Source: an uncultured virus (IMG/VR IMGVR_UViG_3300026549_002477)
Taxonomy: Duplodnaviria > Heunggongvirae > Uroviricota > Caudoviricetes
Length of the DNA stretch: 64,000 nucleotides
Strand: one strand, 5' to 3'
Virus record (IMG/VR): IMGVR_UViG_3300026549_002477
The translations under genes and the position numbers were made by a program. Shown here in pieces: positions 29,013 through 39,068 of the stretch. Position 1 is the first letter of the stretch, and each line of letters opens with the position of its first letter. The notes beneath the pieces are model-generated. The model was not told where the DNA came from, did not search any database, and saw nothing but the letters and a program-made list of their open reading frames with translations.

Positions 29013-30035
29013 ATGTTTGGTAGGAGTAGTAAAAAAGCAGCTGTTGAGCAACCTGAAGTTGCTAATCAAGTAAATAAAAGTAGTGATACAGCTACAGAAA
29101 TTCAGTCAACTAGTCAAGAAGTTGCTGAACAACAAATGCCAGAGCAACAAAACTTTGAAAGCCAAGAGGATCAAACCAAAGATACACAGTTACCTGAGCA
29201 TGTAGATGAGGATCAAACCAAAGATACACAGTTACCTGAGCAGGTAGATGAGGATCAAACCAAAGATACACAGTTACCTGAGCATGTAGATGAGGATCAA
29301 ACCAAAGATACACAGTTACCTGAGCAGGTAGATGAGGATCAAACCAAAGATACACAGTTACCTGAGCAGGTAGGTGAGGCTAAAGGCAATAAGGGTTTTG
29401 TTACAAGAAAATCATCAGAACCAACAGACAGAGTTTTGTATATTGTAGCTGATAAGATTTTACCTGGTGAGCTTGATTACTTCAGGTGTCATAATGCAAA
29501 GGTATCAAGAATCTTCCATAATATAGATGATGCAAGTTCAGTGATGATTATGCAGGTTAGTAAATGTAAACTTGTGATAATTGAATCTGGTACAGGTAGG
29601 TTTACTAATATGACTGCAAGAAATGCAATAGTCGACTTGCTTGGTTTAAGTAGTGATGTAGATGTTGACATTGATGTGTTTTATACTGACTCTGCATTGA
29701 AAAGTCAGATAGAAGAGAATGATAAGGTAAACAATAATGATATTAATTGGTATGACTTTAAATCAACTCCAGACGTGTTAGCTAAGATTTTATCAGAGGC
29801 ACATCTTCATAATGACAATTTTATTTATGATTCACTTAAGCCTTATGAGGATCCAACAGATAATAAGAATCCAATAGATTTCATGGGTTTTGATGAAAAA
29901 GATGCTAAACCAGTCCGTGGAAGTAAATATACAGTTGATATACAAGATGTGCTGATTAACATTGATAATAAAACCAGTCCAGCAGAAGAGTTTCACCCAA
30001 AGATCAAACCAATGAGAGAAACAGAGACAGCTTAA
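29013..30035 (+). CDS. Hypothetical protein with an acidic repeat N-terminus and an alpha/beta (possibly receiver-like) domain
   Basis: GGAGG RBS; 5 x 14-aa repeat; VLYIVAD...LVIIE...DVFY strand pattern. Confidence 0.6.
   Translation: MFGRSSKKAAVEQPEVANQVNKSSDTATEIQSTSQEVAEQQMPEQQNFESQEDQTKDTQLPEHVDEDQTKDTQLPEQVDEDQTKDTQLPEHVDEDQTKDTQLPEQVDEDQTKDTQLPEQVGEAKGNKGFVTRKSSEPTDRVLYIVADKILPGELDYFRCHNAKVSRIFHNIDDASSVMIMQVSKCKLVIIESGTGRFTNMTARNAIVDLLGLSSDVDVDIDVFYTDSALKSQIEENDKVNNNDINWYDFKSTPDVLAKILSEAHLHNDNFIYDSLKPYEDPTDNKNPIDFMGFDEKDAKPVRGSKYTVDIQDVLINIDNKTSPAEEFHPKIKPMRETETA
29166..29375 (+). repeat. 5 x 42-bp in-frame tandem repeat (EDQTKDTQLPE[H/Q]VD)
   Basis: GAGGATCAAACCAAAGATACACAGTTACCTGAGCA(T/G)GTAGAT at 29166, 29208, 29250, 29292 and 29334. 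Confidence 0.95.
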
Positions 30036-30057
30036 GGAGTTATAAACAATGAACATT

Positions 30058-30096
30058 AAACAGGAGTATAGGTTAGATCCGATACTCCTGTTTTTT
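30058..30096 (+). terminator. Rho-independent terminator
   Basis: AAACAGGAGTAT...ATACTCCTGTTTTTT. Confidence 0.85.
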
Positions 30097-30304
30097 GGTG
30101 TCATAAATAAAGTTAGCCTTGACGTATTTATATATTGAAGTATAAATAATTTTGAGAGTAATTTTAGGATTAGAAATAAGGTTTAGCAGTATTATAATAT
30201 AAGTATAACTTTTTAATTTAGTAAAGATAAAGTCGTAATTAAAATAGGCTTAATATATGACTTTATTGTAATTAGTAGTGATTAAAATTTTTGGAGGTAT
30301 AAGG

Positions 30305-31447
30305 ATGAGTTTTGTAGCTATTGATATTGGTGCGAGCAACACAAGATTTGTAGCGGACAATGGGCAGATTAATACACTTCCCAATGATATGTTGTTCCTC
30401 AATGATGGTGAGGTATCTGACATTGTACCTGATAAGGTACAGATTGAAGATAGCCTTGAGTTTACCATTAAGAAGACCAGTGGAAATCCTTGTGAGTATT
30501 TTCCTGTGACAGCTCTTGCAGGTATTATGGCAGAGAGACATGATGGTACACCTGTTACACCGTCTGTTGATGATCATAAGTACAATCAGAGAGTAAACTA
30601 TACAAGTCTTATTCTTGCATGCGCTGTGAGTCAGATTAAGAGCCAGACACCTGAACAGACAGATGTGTTTATTGCAGTACCGCCTATTGAGATTAGAGAT
30701 GCAAGGAAGGTATTTGGTGAGAAGCTTCCTGGAAAGTATGAAGTAAACTTTCCGAAGTTTGGTGCTGGTGGAACAACAGTGACAGTTGACATTCAGAATG
30801 TTTATCTTGAAGAAGAGAGTAAGATGGCTGTATTCAGTTTCTTCTTTGGAATGAACGGTATGCCAATTAAGGAACATATGAAGTATATGCAGGGTCGCGT
30901 ACTGTCAATTGATATTGGAGCATCTACTATTGATCTTGCAATTATTGATAAGGGTACATACCAGGATAAGTCTGGAAGATCATTTAAGATTGGCGGGAAT
31001 GTTGTGAGAGACAGAGTTATGAATGACATTAGTGCAGAGTATTCTACTGATCTGAATGATAGAGATGCAGATAGGACGATTACTGAAGGACGTTTGCAGT
31101 CTGGTAATTCTTATATCAATGTTGGAAGCATTGTAGATGCTGCAAAGATGGAACTGGCTGATATCATTGTTGACCGTATTCCATCTTACTTTAAGAACAT
31201 TGGATCATCTCTGAAGATGATTAATGCAATTGTAGTAAGTGGTGGTGGATCACTTCAGAGCCAGTACATTGAGAATAATGAAGTTGTCAAGACAAGTGAG
31301 TCACTTGCATATTTCATTACTCAGAAGCTTCTTGAAACCTCACCAAATACTGAAGTAGTTGACTATGGTGAAGATGCAAGATTTGCAAACATTAAGGGAC
31401 TGTATATTCTGGCAAGAGTGAATAGTGCAAGAAACAGTGCAAAGTAA
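30305..31447 (+). CDS. ParM/StbA-like actin-fold ATPase
   Basis: Phosphate 1 IDIGASNT, EE connect motif, phosphate 2 IDIGASTID, adenosine motif VSGGGS and FANIKG; GGAGG RBS. Confidence 0.85.
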   Translation: MSFVAIDIGASNTRFVADNGQINTLPNDMLFLNDGEVSDIVPDKVQIEDSLEFTIKKTSGNPCEYFPVTALAGIMAERHDGTPVTPSVDDHKYNQRVNYTSLILACAVSQIKSQTPEQTDVFIAVPPIEIRDARKVFGEKLPGKYEVNFPKFGAGGTTVTVDIQNVYLEEESKMAVFSFFFGMNGMPIKEHMKYMQGRVLSIDIGASTIDLAIIDKGTYQDKSGRSFKIGGNVVRDRVMNDISAEYSTDLNDRDADRTITEGRLQSGNSYINVGSIVDAAKMELADIIVDRIPSYFKNIGSSLKMINAIVVSGGGSLQSQYIENNEVVKTSESLAYFITQKLLETSPNTEVVDYGEDARFANIKGLYILARVNSARNSAK

Positions 31448-31465
31448 TGTTTATAAGGTGTAAAA

Positions 31466-34400
31466 ATGCTTAACAACGATAATGGAAAAATTAAAATTGC
31501 TGTTAAGATAGGTAATACAGCTATTATAAGGTTTAGCAACTGTATTACCTATCGAGCATTGACAATAGAAGATTTAAATAACATAGTAAAATCAAATGGA
31601 TGCCATATCGTTGTTTTTGAAGATATTGCAGAAGATGAACAAGATGATGCTAGGACATTCATTACTGAATTTTCCAAAGATCCAGATAATTATATGATAT
31701 TCCTTGATACTGGGGATAACATTTATACATCTGGTATGGCTGACGAATTTGAAGAAGCAGTATATACTACAGATACTGACATATATAATCAGATTGAGAA
31801 GCTTTATAATGTCTGTGTTAGTCCTTATATGAAAGATAGACATAAGTTCTCATCTGATGCAAATCCTGATACCATTGGTGAATTGATGGGTTTAGGAAAT
31901 GATACAGATGCATCTAACAATGAAACAGATGCATCTAACAATGATACAGATGCATCTAACAATGAATTTTCCAATACAGATGATATTGCAGTATCTGACA
32001 GTCATGATGGGGATTTAGGGTTTACTGTTCCAACAGGGTATAACAATTCTGAGAATGATAAGTTAATTGAACAACTAAAGGCACAAATTGATGAGCTTAA
32101 GAGTGGAAAAGCTGAAGCAGAGGATAGAGTTAATAAGCTAGCTAATGAAAAGGCTGAAGCAGAGGATAGAGTTAATCAATTAGTAAATGAGAAAGCTGAA
32201 GTTGAAAATAAAGTCAGTCAGTTAACAAGTGACCTTGATGCTGAAAGACAGAGACAGGCTGATATAGAGAAACAGCATAGGGAAGAAGAGGAACTTAGAC
32301 TTACAGCTGAGTCACTCGGAATTGCAGTACCCAATAAGCAGAATCATGAAGTTATTGACCAAACAGAATCAAGTAGCAGTGGTTTAGATAGTGATGAAGC
32401 TCTTGAAGAAATTACAAAGCTTCGTGATGAATTATCAAATACAAAGCATGATTATTCTGAAGCAGTTAAGAATCTTGAGTCAGCTACTGATTTAATAACT
32501 AAACTTCAGGATGAGGCAGATGCAATTAGGGCTGAACATCAAGCTATTTTAAATCATTATAATGAACTCGTAAGTTTGGATCAAGACGTTATGGAGGATC
32601 CAATCACTTTAGAGCAATATAATGGTATACTCAAAGATAGTGAGAATACCAAGAAATTACTTGATGATGCTAATGGCAAGATTGAAAAGCTTACTAAAGA
32701 TTTAGCTGATACAAAGCAATCAAGTTCTGAAACTATTAGTGATATTCAAAGCAAACTTGATAAAGCTAATGAAGAACTTAACGAACTTCATGAGCAAATA
32801 GATTCTGGAGAAATTCATAGAGAAGTTGTAGATGAATATGAGAATAAGCTTGCTGACATAAATTCAAGAAATGATGAACTTACTAGACAAGTAGATAACT
32901 TAACAAGTAAAGCTAACGAACTGTCAGAACAGCTTGACAAACTTAAGTCAGAGAAGCAGTACAGAATAGTATTAACATCTTACCTTGAAGATTTGTTTGG
33001 GAATATTAAGAATTATAATGAGCAGAATGAGATAGAGAAATCTGGACTTCTTAGACAAATTACTGATCTTAAGGATAAGTCTGAAGATGACCTGCAGGAA
33101 ACTAAGAGACAGTATGAAGATCAGATTAAACAGATCAAAGATAAAGCTAATAATGATTTAAGGCAGATTAAACTTGAAGATGAAGAAAAGAGTAGGAAAG
33201 AAAAGCAAGAAGCTATTGATAACGGTCAGAGAGCTGTAGATTCTATAAATGAAGAACTTAATAAAACTAGAGAAGACCTTGAAAATGAGAAGAAACAGAA
33301 TGCTAGTTTAAGTGATAGATTAACATTATCAGATAACTTTTCTAACTCTTTACAGAAGCAGTTGAATGAAGCTAGAGATCAGATTGCTAAACTTTCAAGC
33401 GGAAATCTTGAGAGCAGAACACTGCTCGAGAAAAATAATAACCTTGAAAACACTTTGCATCATATTAAATATGAACTTGACACAAGTAAACAGAGTGAAT
33501 TAGCTTTAACAAATGAGAATAATTCATTGCAAGCTACTAATGAGCAGCTAAAAGAAAGTGTTAAGAACTTAAAGAGTAATATTAATGCACTTAAAGCACA
33601 GTTAAATAGCCTGCAGCTTAGCAGACAAAACATGCAGAGTGTATCAAACACAGGGTTTGCAAATGGGTTTGATTCAGCACCAGTAAACCAGGAAGTTAAA
33701 ATTAGTTACAATGGTGGTGCAAAGATAATTCCAGTGTTTGGTTCCGGATCATATGGTGTAACTACAATGGCATTAAGTATTGCAACTAAACTTAGTGCTG
33801 GTAGTAAAGTACTTGTTATAGATATGGATTTGGCATATCCAAAGATTGATATGTATTTGAAACAGAATCCAGCTTGTAATAATATATCTGATAACTATGG
33901 TACTGGAATTAAGAAAACATCATTGAGTTTGTGCTACATGAATGGTATAAGGTTCTTAGAAAGTAATTATATGAACCTTATACATGTAATTACTTACGGT
34001 AGATCAAGATTCGGTTACATGAGTGGTGTATATTATAATCTTGATGATGCAACTTTGTTGGGGTTTGATTATACTAGGTTCTTTGATTTTCTTAGCCAGA
34101 GTTATGATTATATTATTGTTGACTTGGGAAAGTTTGGCGGTAACTTAGTAAATGATAAGATCATAACAGCAATAATTAAGATACCAGGTGTCCGTTCTGT
34201 AGCTGTTACAAACTCTCAGTATATGACAATTAGAAATTTTGTTATCAATTTAAAACAGTTAGAGATAAACACACAGAATTTGATTGTCGTAAGTAATTTT
34301 TATGATAAACAGAAGGTATCAGATAGAAGCAAAAAGAAAATTAGTACTGTTTTAAATGGAATAAATAATACAACTATTAGACTTGAACCTGGCATTGCTA

Positions 34401-34498
34401 TTGGTTGTGATGAAGATGATTTTAACAAAGTGAACTATAATAATGATAATTTAAACAAAGTAAATGTTGAGATTATCCTTGGGTTCGTAGCTCGGTGA
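31466..34498 (+). CDS. 1010-aa protein: N-terminal alpha/beta domain, ~500-aa coiled coil and C-terminal degenerate MinD/ParA-like ATPase
   Basis: Heptad-rich aa ~195-725; IIPVFGSGSYGVTT, KVLVIDMD and YDYIIVDLG. Confidence 0.72.
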   Translation: MLNNDNGKIKIAVKIGNTAIIRFSNCITYRALTIEDLNNIVKSNGCHIVVFEDIAEDEQDDARTFITEFSKDPDNYMIFLDTGDNIYTSGMADEFEEAVYTTDTDIYNQIEKLYNVCVSPYMKDRHKFSSDANPDTIGELMGLGNDTDASNNETDASNNDTDASNNEFSNTDDIAVSDSHDGDLGFTVPTGYNNSENDKLIEQLKAQIDELKSGKAEAEDRVNKLANEKAEAEDRVNQLVNEKAEVENKVSQLTSDLDAERQRQADIEKQHREEEELRLTAESLGIAVPNKQNHEVIDQTESSSSGLDSDEALEEITKLRDELSNTKHDYSEAVKNLESATDLITKLQDEADAIRAEHQAILNHYNELVSLDQDVMEDPITLEQYNGILKDSENTKKLLDDANGKIEKLTKDLADTKQSSSETISDIQSKLDKANEELNELHEQIDSGEIHREVVDEYENKLADINSRNDELTRQVDNLTSKANELSEQLDKLKSEKQYRIVLTSYLEDLFGNIKNYNEQNEIEKSGLLRQITDLKDKSEDDLQETKRQYEDQIKQIKDKANNDLRQIKLEDEEKSRKEKQEAIDNGQRAVDSINEELNKTREDLENEKKQNASLSDRLTLSDNFSNSLQKQLNEARDQIAKLSSGNLESRTLLEKNNNLENTLHHIKYELDTSKQSELALTNENNSLQATNEQLKESVKNLKSNINALKAQLNSLQLSRQNMQSVSNTGFANGFDSAPVNQEVKISYNGGAKIIPVFGSGSYGVTTMALSIATKLSAGSKVLVIDMDLAYPKIDMYLKQNPACNNISDNYGTGIKKTSLSLCYMNGIRFLESNYMNLIHVITYGRSRFGYMSGVYYNLDDATLLGFDYTRFFDFLSQSYDYIIVDLGKFGGNLVNDKIITAIIKIPGVRSVAVTNSQYMTIRNFVINLKQLEINTQNLIVVSNFYDKQKVSDRSKKKISTVLNGINNTTIRLEPGIAIGCDEDDFNKVNYNNDNLNKVNVEIILGFVAR
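31898..31966 (+). repeat. 3 x 21-bp in-frame tandem repeat (N[D/E]TDASN)
   Basis: AATGA(T/A)ACAGATGCATCTAAC x3. Confidence 0.9.
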
Positions 34499-34508
34499 GG
34501 TTGTAATA

Positions 34509-35258
34509 ATGTTTTATAATGTTAAAATTGATTCTAACAACTTCAGTAGTTCTGAAAAAGATTTGCTTGAATGGATTGATTACTTAGCAAGTACACATAA
34601 GTTGACAAGATGTGTGACTGGTTTATTAAAAACAGCTTATGATGAGTATAGTCAACCTGATAGCAAATTAAACAACAAACAGGAAACATACTTAGATAAT
34701 TTGGATTCTGGAATTACTGAAAGGCGTAAGAGTCACAATTCTGAGATTAAGAAGAAAACAGATGAGATGCAAAAGAAGATAGATAAGATTTATGAAATGG
34801 CATATGAAACTTATCTATTAGCTCTTGTGGGAAAGAAAGCAGGTTTAATTGAGGAGCAATCTGAAAACCTACTTTCTACTACTTTTCTTCTTGAAAGACA
34901 ATTAAGTGAACTTCAGTCAGCTGCTGGCACAATGGATTCAAGTCAAGTGTTTGAGTCTAATAAAATAGAAGATACTAAAGAGCGTGCTGAAAAGATAGTT
35001 GAACTAATTATAAAATCTTATAGCGGAATAATTGGTGAAGTTAAGCAGCAGAAAGTAATTGTAGAACCAAAGGAAGAAGTTTTAAAATCAAAAACATCTT
35101 CAGTATCAGCTAAAACAAATGTTGTGTCTGACATTAAAGATGAAAATAAAAAAGATGACGACTATGAAAATCAGATTGTAGACTTTGGTGATGATCCAAA
35201 TAGCAATGATGGATACAATGAAAACATGGCTGATCTTGAAAAATTCTTAGGTAGATGA
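34509..35258 (+). CDS. Putative ParR-like adaptor or coiled-coil protein
   Basis: N-terminal strand-helix-helix pattern, central coiled coil and an acidic tail ending in amphipathic MADLEKFLGR; lies in the actin operon. Confidence 0.35.
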   Translation: MFYNVKIDSNNFSSSEKDLLEWIDYLASTHKLTRCVTGLLKTAYDEYSQPDSKLNNKQETYLDNLDSGITERRKSHNSEIKKKTDEMQKKIDKIYEMAYETYLLALVGKKAGLIEEQSENLLSTTFLLERQLSELQSAAGTMDSSQVFESNKIEDTKERAEKIVELIIKSYSGIIGEVKQQKVIVEPKEEVLKSKTSSVSAKTNVVSDIKDENKKDDDYENQIVDFGDDPNSNDGYNENMADLEKFLGR

Positions 35259-35259
35259 T

Positions 35260-36348
35260 ATGTCTTACGAAAGATTAAAAAAGTTACTTCCAGATGAAAA
35301 TATTGACAATGCAATTGCATTTTCTAGCGATTCATTTTTAATTGAGCATACAATTAGAATCCTTGATGATTTTAGCTCATTCAATTCTAAACTTGATGAT
35401 AATACAGTTAAAGCATTATACAGAATGATTTGCATGTATAGTAATGTTAGACTAAGCTGGATTGATTATGAGAGCAAGGATATTGAAAGTTTAGCTGAGA
35501 AGTCTGTAGAAAAAATATATTATGTTCATTCTGACAAAATTGATAGAATTGCAACAACTAATGAAATAAATAATGGCGTGTCTATTTTGGAAGTAAGAAA
35601 AATGTATCCAATAGGACAGGAAGATAGTGAGTTATTTTACCTTTGGGCTTGGTCAGAGACAGGTAAAAGTTATTATTACAGACAGGCTGGGTTTAAACAG
35701 GATTACATTGATAATAAACCAATAGAAGAATTTTATCCTATGTTAATGACTAGCATAGTCAAGATAGATAAGCTAATTAAATTGCTAAATAACATGGATA
35801 AAATGAATGAAGATATAAAGATACTGAAAAAGATCAAGAAAATTAAATATCCTACATACATGAAAGATGAGATCAATGAAAAGATTTCACCAAAGCAGTT
35901 GATATATTCTATTTATAAAGGATTTCCAAGAGGAAGTAGTAATGTAGAATATAGAAAAGCTTTGGCAATGTCTTTTAGAAATATTGAAGAAAATAAGAGA
36001 CTTGAGCCATATGAGGTAGCTGAGTTAAGAAGAATTTATGCAAAGTTTTTGGAGAATGGTGACACAAGGGAGCCAGTTCAAAAAGTTAAAGAAGCTTGTG
36101 AATATCTTCTTGAACAAAGAGAAAAGGGTACAATCAACGGAAAAGAATTTGTGTTTAAGATAGTAGGAACATTAAAGAAGGGTAATTATTGCAGGTGTTC
36201 TGAAAAACAGTTTAACATTATTTCTGAGGCAGTTGAGAAGTGTAAGAACAGACAAGAATTAGAACAGACAGTTATTACTGATACTAATATAGATGCAGTT
36301 GTGAACAATACTATTGATGATTCTGATATTGGGGAGTTGCCATGGTAG
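35260..36348 (+). CDS. Hypothetical protein
   Basis: Long ORF, translationally coupled. Confidence 0.7.
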   Translation: MSYERLKKLLPDENIDNAIAFSSDSFLIEHTIRILDDFSSFNSKLDDNTVKALYRMICMYSNVRLSWIDYESKDIESLAEKSVEKIYYVHSDKIDRIATTNEINNGVSILEVRKMYPIGQEDSELFYLWAWSETGKSYYYRQAGFKQDYIDNKPIEEFYPMLMTSIVKIDKLIKLLNNMDKMNEDIKILKKIKKIKYPTYMKDEINEKISPKQLIYSIYKGFPRGSSNVEYRKALAMSFRNIEENKRLEPYEVAELRRIYAKFLENGDTREPVQKVKEACEYLLEQREKGTINGKEFVFKIVGTLKKGNYCRCSEKQFNIISEAVEKCKNRQELEQTVITDTNIDAVVNNTIDDSDIGELPW

Positions 36349-36527
36349 TAACAGAGTATAATAATGGAGATATACTTATATTATCTACAGATGATAATAT
36401 GCTTAATACTATTAAACTGTATGATCCAGCAGCTAAGATAGTAAAAATAAGCGATGAAGAGTATGATAAAAATAAAGATGACTTGCAGAAATTAAGAGAG
36501 TTATTGTATAGCCGAGTGAAAGACTGA
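36342..36527 (+). CDS. Small hypothetical protein
   Basis: GGGGAG RBS; fills the operon gap. Confidence 0.55.
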   Translation: MVVTEYNNGDILILSTDDNMLNTIKLYDPAAKIVKISDEEYDKNKDDLQKLRELLYSRVKD

Positions 36528-36532
36528 AGATC

Positions 36533-37129
36533 ATGAAGATTAGAATTGAATCAGACTTTGATGATTTTTATGATTATTTGAGTGACTCAAATGAAACAGA
36601 GTTAATATATAAGAGATTCACTAAAGATAGAATGAATCGTATAAAATCATTGAAATACTTACAAAAATATAGAATTGAGACACTGGAAATTAAACAGCCT
36701 TATGAATTTTTAGGCGAAGCTACTGAGGTTGAGATTTATACTGACCCAAATAGTCACGGGACTAAGGGAAAAAGAATTGTTAAACTTGATGATGCTATTA
36801 GAAACTACTATAATTATCCAGCTAGTATTGTTACAAAGCCTGATGATGGAATGTTATACAAATATTTACAGATTGGATCTAGAAGATTTCAAATGACTAT
36901 AGATTTGGAGAATAAAACTCCAAAGAATTTAGTAGAGAATAAATCAGAGTTTAGTGATAACTTTATGTTTCCAATATATTCAATAGATTATGAAATTATA
37001 AATAGTGAATATATAGCAGTTGACTTTATGAATATTGTTAAGCTAAATGATATTGGAGTTAATTACTTTATGAAACCTGAAGAAGTCATTGGAGAGATAT
37101 ATAAATTTTATAAAGAAGGCAGGGGTTGA
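36533..37129 (+). CDS. Hypothetical protein, possibly a degenerate ATP-grasp fold
   Basis: PIYSIDY...YIAVDF resembles the ATP-grasp C-terminal strands. Confidence 0.4.
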   Translation: MKIRIESDFDDFYDYLSDSNETELIYKRFTKDRMNRIKSLKYLQKYRIETLEIKQPYEFLGEATEVEIYTDPNSHGTKGKRIVKLDDAIRNYYNYPASIVTKPDDGMLYKYLQIGSRRFQMTIDLENKTPKNLVENKSEFSDNFMFPIYSIDYEIINSEYIAVDFMNIVKLNDIGVNYFMKPEEVIGEIYKFYKEGRG

Positions 37130-37130
37130 C

Positions 37131-38078
37131 ATGATAATTTGTGATGATTGTAAACAGCTTTTAACTTGTCACAAGTTCTGTATGATGCATATAGGATATG
37201 CAATGGCTTTATTATTAAGCAATATAGATTTTATTGATACCAATATTGGTGATAAGGAATATATTGATTATTTTAAGGAAACTTATATAACTTGCGGTGT
37301 TTCATATGCTGAAACAACAGAAGAGTTTAGACAAAACGGAGATAAGAGCAAGTTTAGCATAGGGGATATTAGAAGTGCAGCTAGTAAAACGCCGTTAGAT
37401 GCTTCAGATAAGTTATTAACAGTAAATAATGCATCTGCTTATAAGATGATGGCAGACACATTAAATAAGTATTTTAAAACCAATGCAGATTCAGAAAGAG
37501 CAATAAATTCTTTGATAAAGATCGGAAAGGATTTTAAAGATAATAGAAAAGTAGTCACGTTTATAAAGCCAGGTGACTTTATAAATATTAAAGGTCTTGG
37601 TAATTTTAAAGTAGCTAGAATACAATGGAACACTTCTCATGAAGATTATAAACTTAGGTGCGAGATTTCCGTGTTTGATAAAGATACTAATTCATACATA
37701 AATGTTAATCTTGAAGACTATGGGATTAAATATAGAAAATCTGATATATTTGATGCAGAACCATCAACAAAATATGATAGAGAACTTATAAGGATGACTC
37801 AATTTGGTTTGCTTAGACCAATAGAAGTTTATGATTCAAGAACAACTATTGCAGTTGACAATGTTTACATGTATGGGATTGTTGATGATTCTATTGCAAT
37901 ACTTGGTGAATGGAAGGGAAACAAAATTATTCCATATAAGAAACTTAGCGGAAATTGTTATAAACGAGTAATGAGAAATGAAGCATTACTTGCTGAATAT
38001 AGAAAATATATGATTCCATATAAACTTGCAGAACCAGTTAGAATATCAACAAAGGAAGCCATAGGGGGACAGGATTAA
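37131..38078 (+). CDS. Hypothetical protein with N-terminal Cys cluster
   Basis: CDDC...C..FC; ATG two bases after the upstream stop. Confidence 0.65.
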   Translation: MIICDDCKQLLTCHKFCMMHIGYAMALLLSNIDFIDTNIGDKEYIDYFKETYITCGVSYAETTEEFRQNGDKSKFSIGDIRSAASKTPLDASDKLLTVNNASAYKMMADTLNKYFKTNADSERAINSLIKIGKDFKDNRKVVTFIKPGDFINIKGLGNFKVARIQWNTSHEDYKLRCEISVFDKDTNSYINVNLEDYGIKYRKSDIFDAEPSTKYDRELIRMTQFGLLRPIEVYDSRTTIAVDNVYMYGIVDDSIAILGEWKGNKIIPYKKLSGNCYKRVMRNEALLAEYRKYMIPYKLAEPVRISTKEAIGGQD

Positions 38079-38079
38079 A

Positions 38080-38997
38080 ATGAACGTACATGTTATTTTT
38101 GATTTTATGCACATTTATTATAAGTATTTCTTTCAGATGCAGTCCGGAAGGATGCCAAAGTTAACTTCTGATAGTGACATTGTAAAAGAAGTTGGTGGAA
38201 GAACCGAAATGATTTATTATCCACTTAAAGATATTGAGAGAATACGTAAGATGTGCGAGGATAAGAACCTTGAAGTTACATATTCAATATGCTTGGATAG
38301 TAAGTCAAAACGTAAGGATGAGGATGATGCATATAAATCTGGAAGACAGCATGTATTTACAGATGTAGATGATAAAAATATTGAGATAATCTCAAAGATT
38401 TTTGAACAAGCAGGTGGAAATGTTTATAAGGTACCTGGATATGAGGCTGATGATCTTATAGCTGATTTGTGTAATAATTATAGGAGTAACTTTGATGTTA
38501 CATTGATTGTTACAAACGATAAAGATGTACTGAATAACATTTGTGATAATGTACAGGCCATGAGATTTAAGCAAAAAGCAGGATATGAGGTTGTTACAGT
38601 ACAGAATTTTTCATCATATTTATCCAGTGAGTTTAAAGCCGATATAAGATATGATAACTTAGGACTTTTCCTATCAACTGTAGGAGATTCATCAGATAAG
38701 ATTAAAGGAATAAATAAGTTTGGGCCAAAGGCATTTGATAAGATGATGGTTTGGCTTGATGAGAATACAAACATTGATTGGTCAAAAGCTAATAATTATG
38801 ATTATTTAGAAAACATAATAAAAAATGATTGTTCCAAGTATTTAAATGAAGAACAACTTAGTCAAGCAATAGAAAGTTTTAATCTTGTTAGAAATTACAA
38901 GTTGCCTTTCTCACTAGCTTTTCCGAGTAACAAATGTGACAAGAATAAAAGATCAGAAGCATATATGCAACTCGGTATGAAGTCATTGATCAACTAA
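38080..38997 (+). CDS. Stand-alone 5'-3' exonuclease/flap endonuclease (Pol I N-terminal domain family)
   Basis: IFD, YKSGR, GYEADDLIA, TNDKD and the H3TH motif GDSSDKIKGINKFGPK. Confidence 0.9.
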   Translation: MNVHVIFDFMHIYYKYFFQMQSGRMPKLTSDSDIVKEVGGRTEMIYYPLKDIERIRKMCEDKNLEVTYSICLDSKSKRKDEDDAYKSGRQHVFTDVDDKNIEIISKIFEQAGGNVYKVPGYEADDLIADLCNNYRSNFDVTLIVTNDKDVLNNICDNVQAMRFKQKAGYEVVTVQNFSSYLSSEFKADIRYDNLGLFLSTVGDSSDKIKGINKFGPKAFDKMMVWLDENTNIDWSKANNYDYLENIIKNDCSKYLNEEQLSQAIESFNLVRNYKLPFSLAFPSNKCDKNKRSEAYMQLGMKSLIN

Positions 38998-39068
38998 CTT
39001 AGCATTAAAAGTAGCCCTTTGAATAAAAATAAAAATAAATTAAATTATTCAAGAAAGGGGTTTGTAAA

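Noticed and set aside
29166..29375. Possible CRISPR array
   Set aside because: Units are head-to-tail with no unique spacers, lie in frame within a CDS, and no cas genes are present.
30098..30304. parC-like centromere upstream of the actin gene
   Set aside because: AT-rich with only short repeats (e.g. AAGTATAA twice); no convincing iteron array by eye.
30272..30877. 201-aa minus-strand ORF, and the other short minus-strand ORFs in the track
   Set aside because: They overlap well-supported + strand genes and show no motifs.
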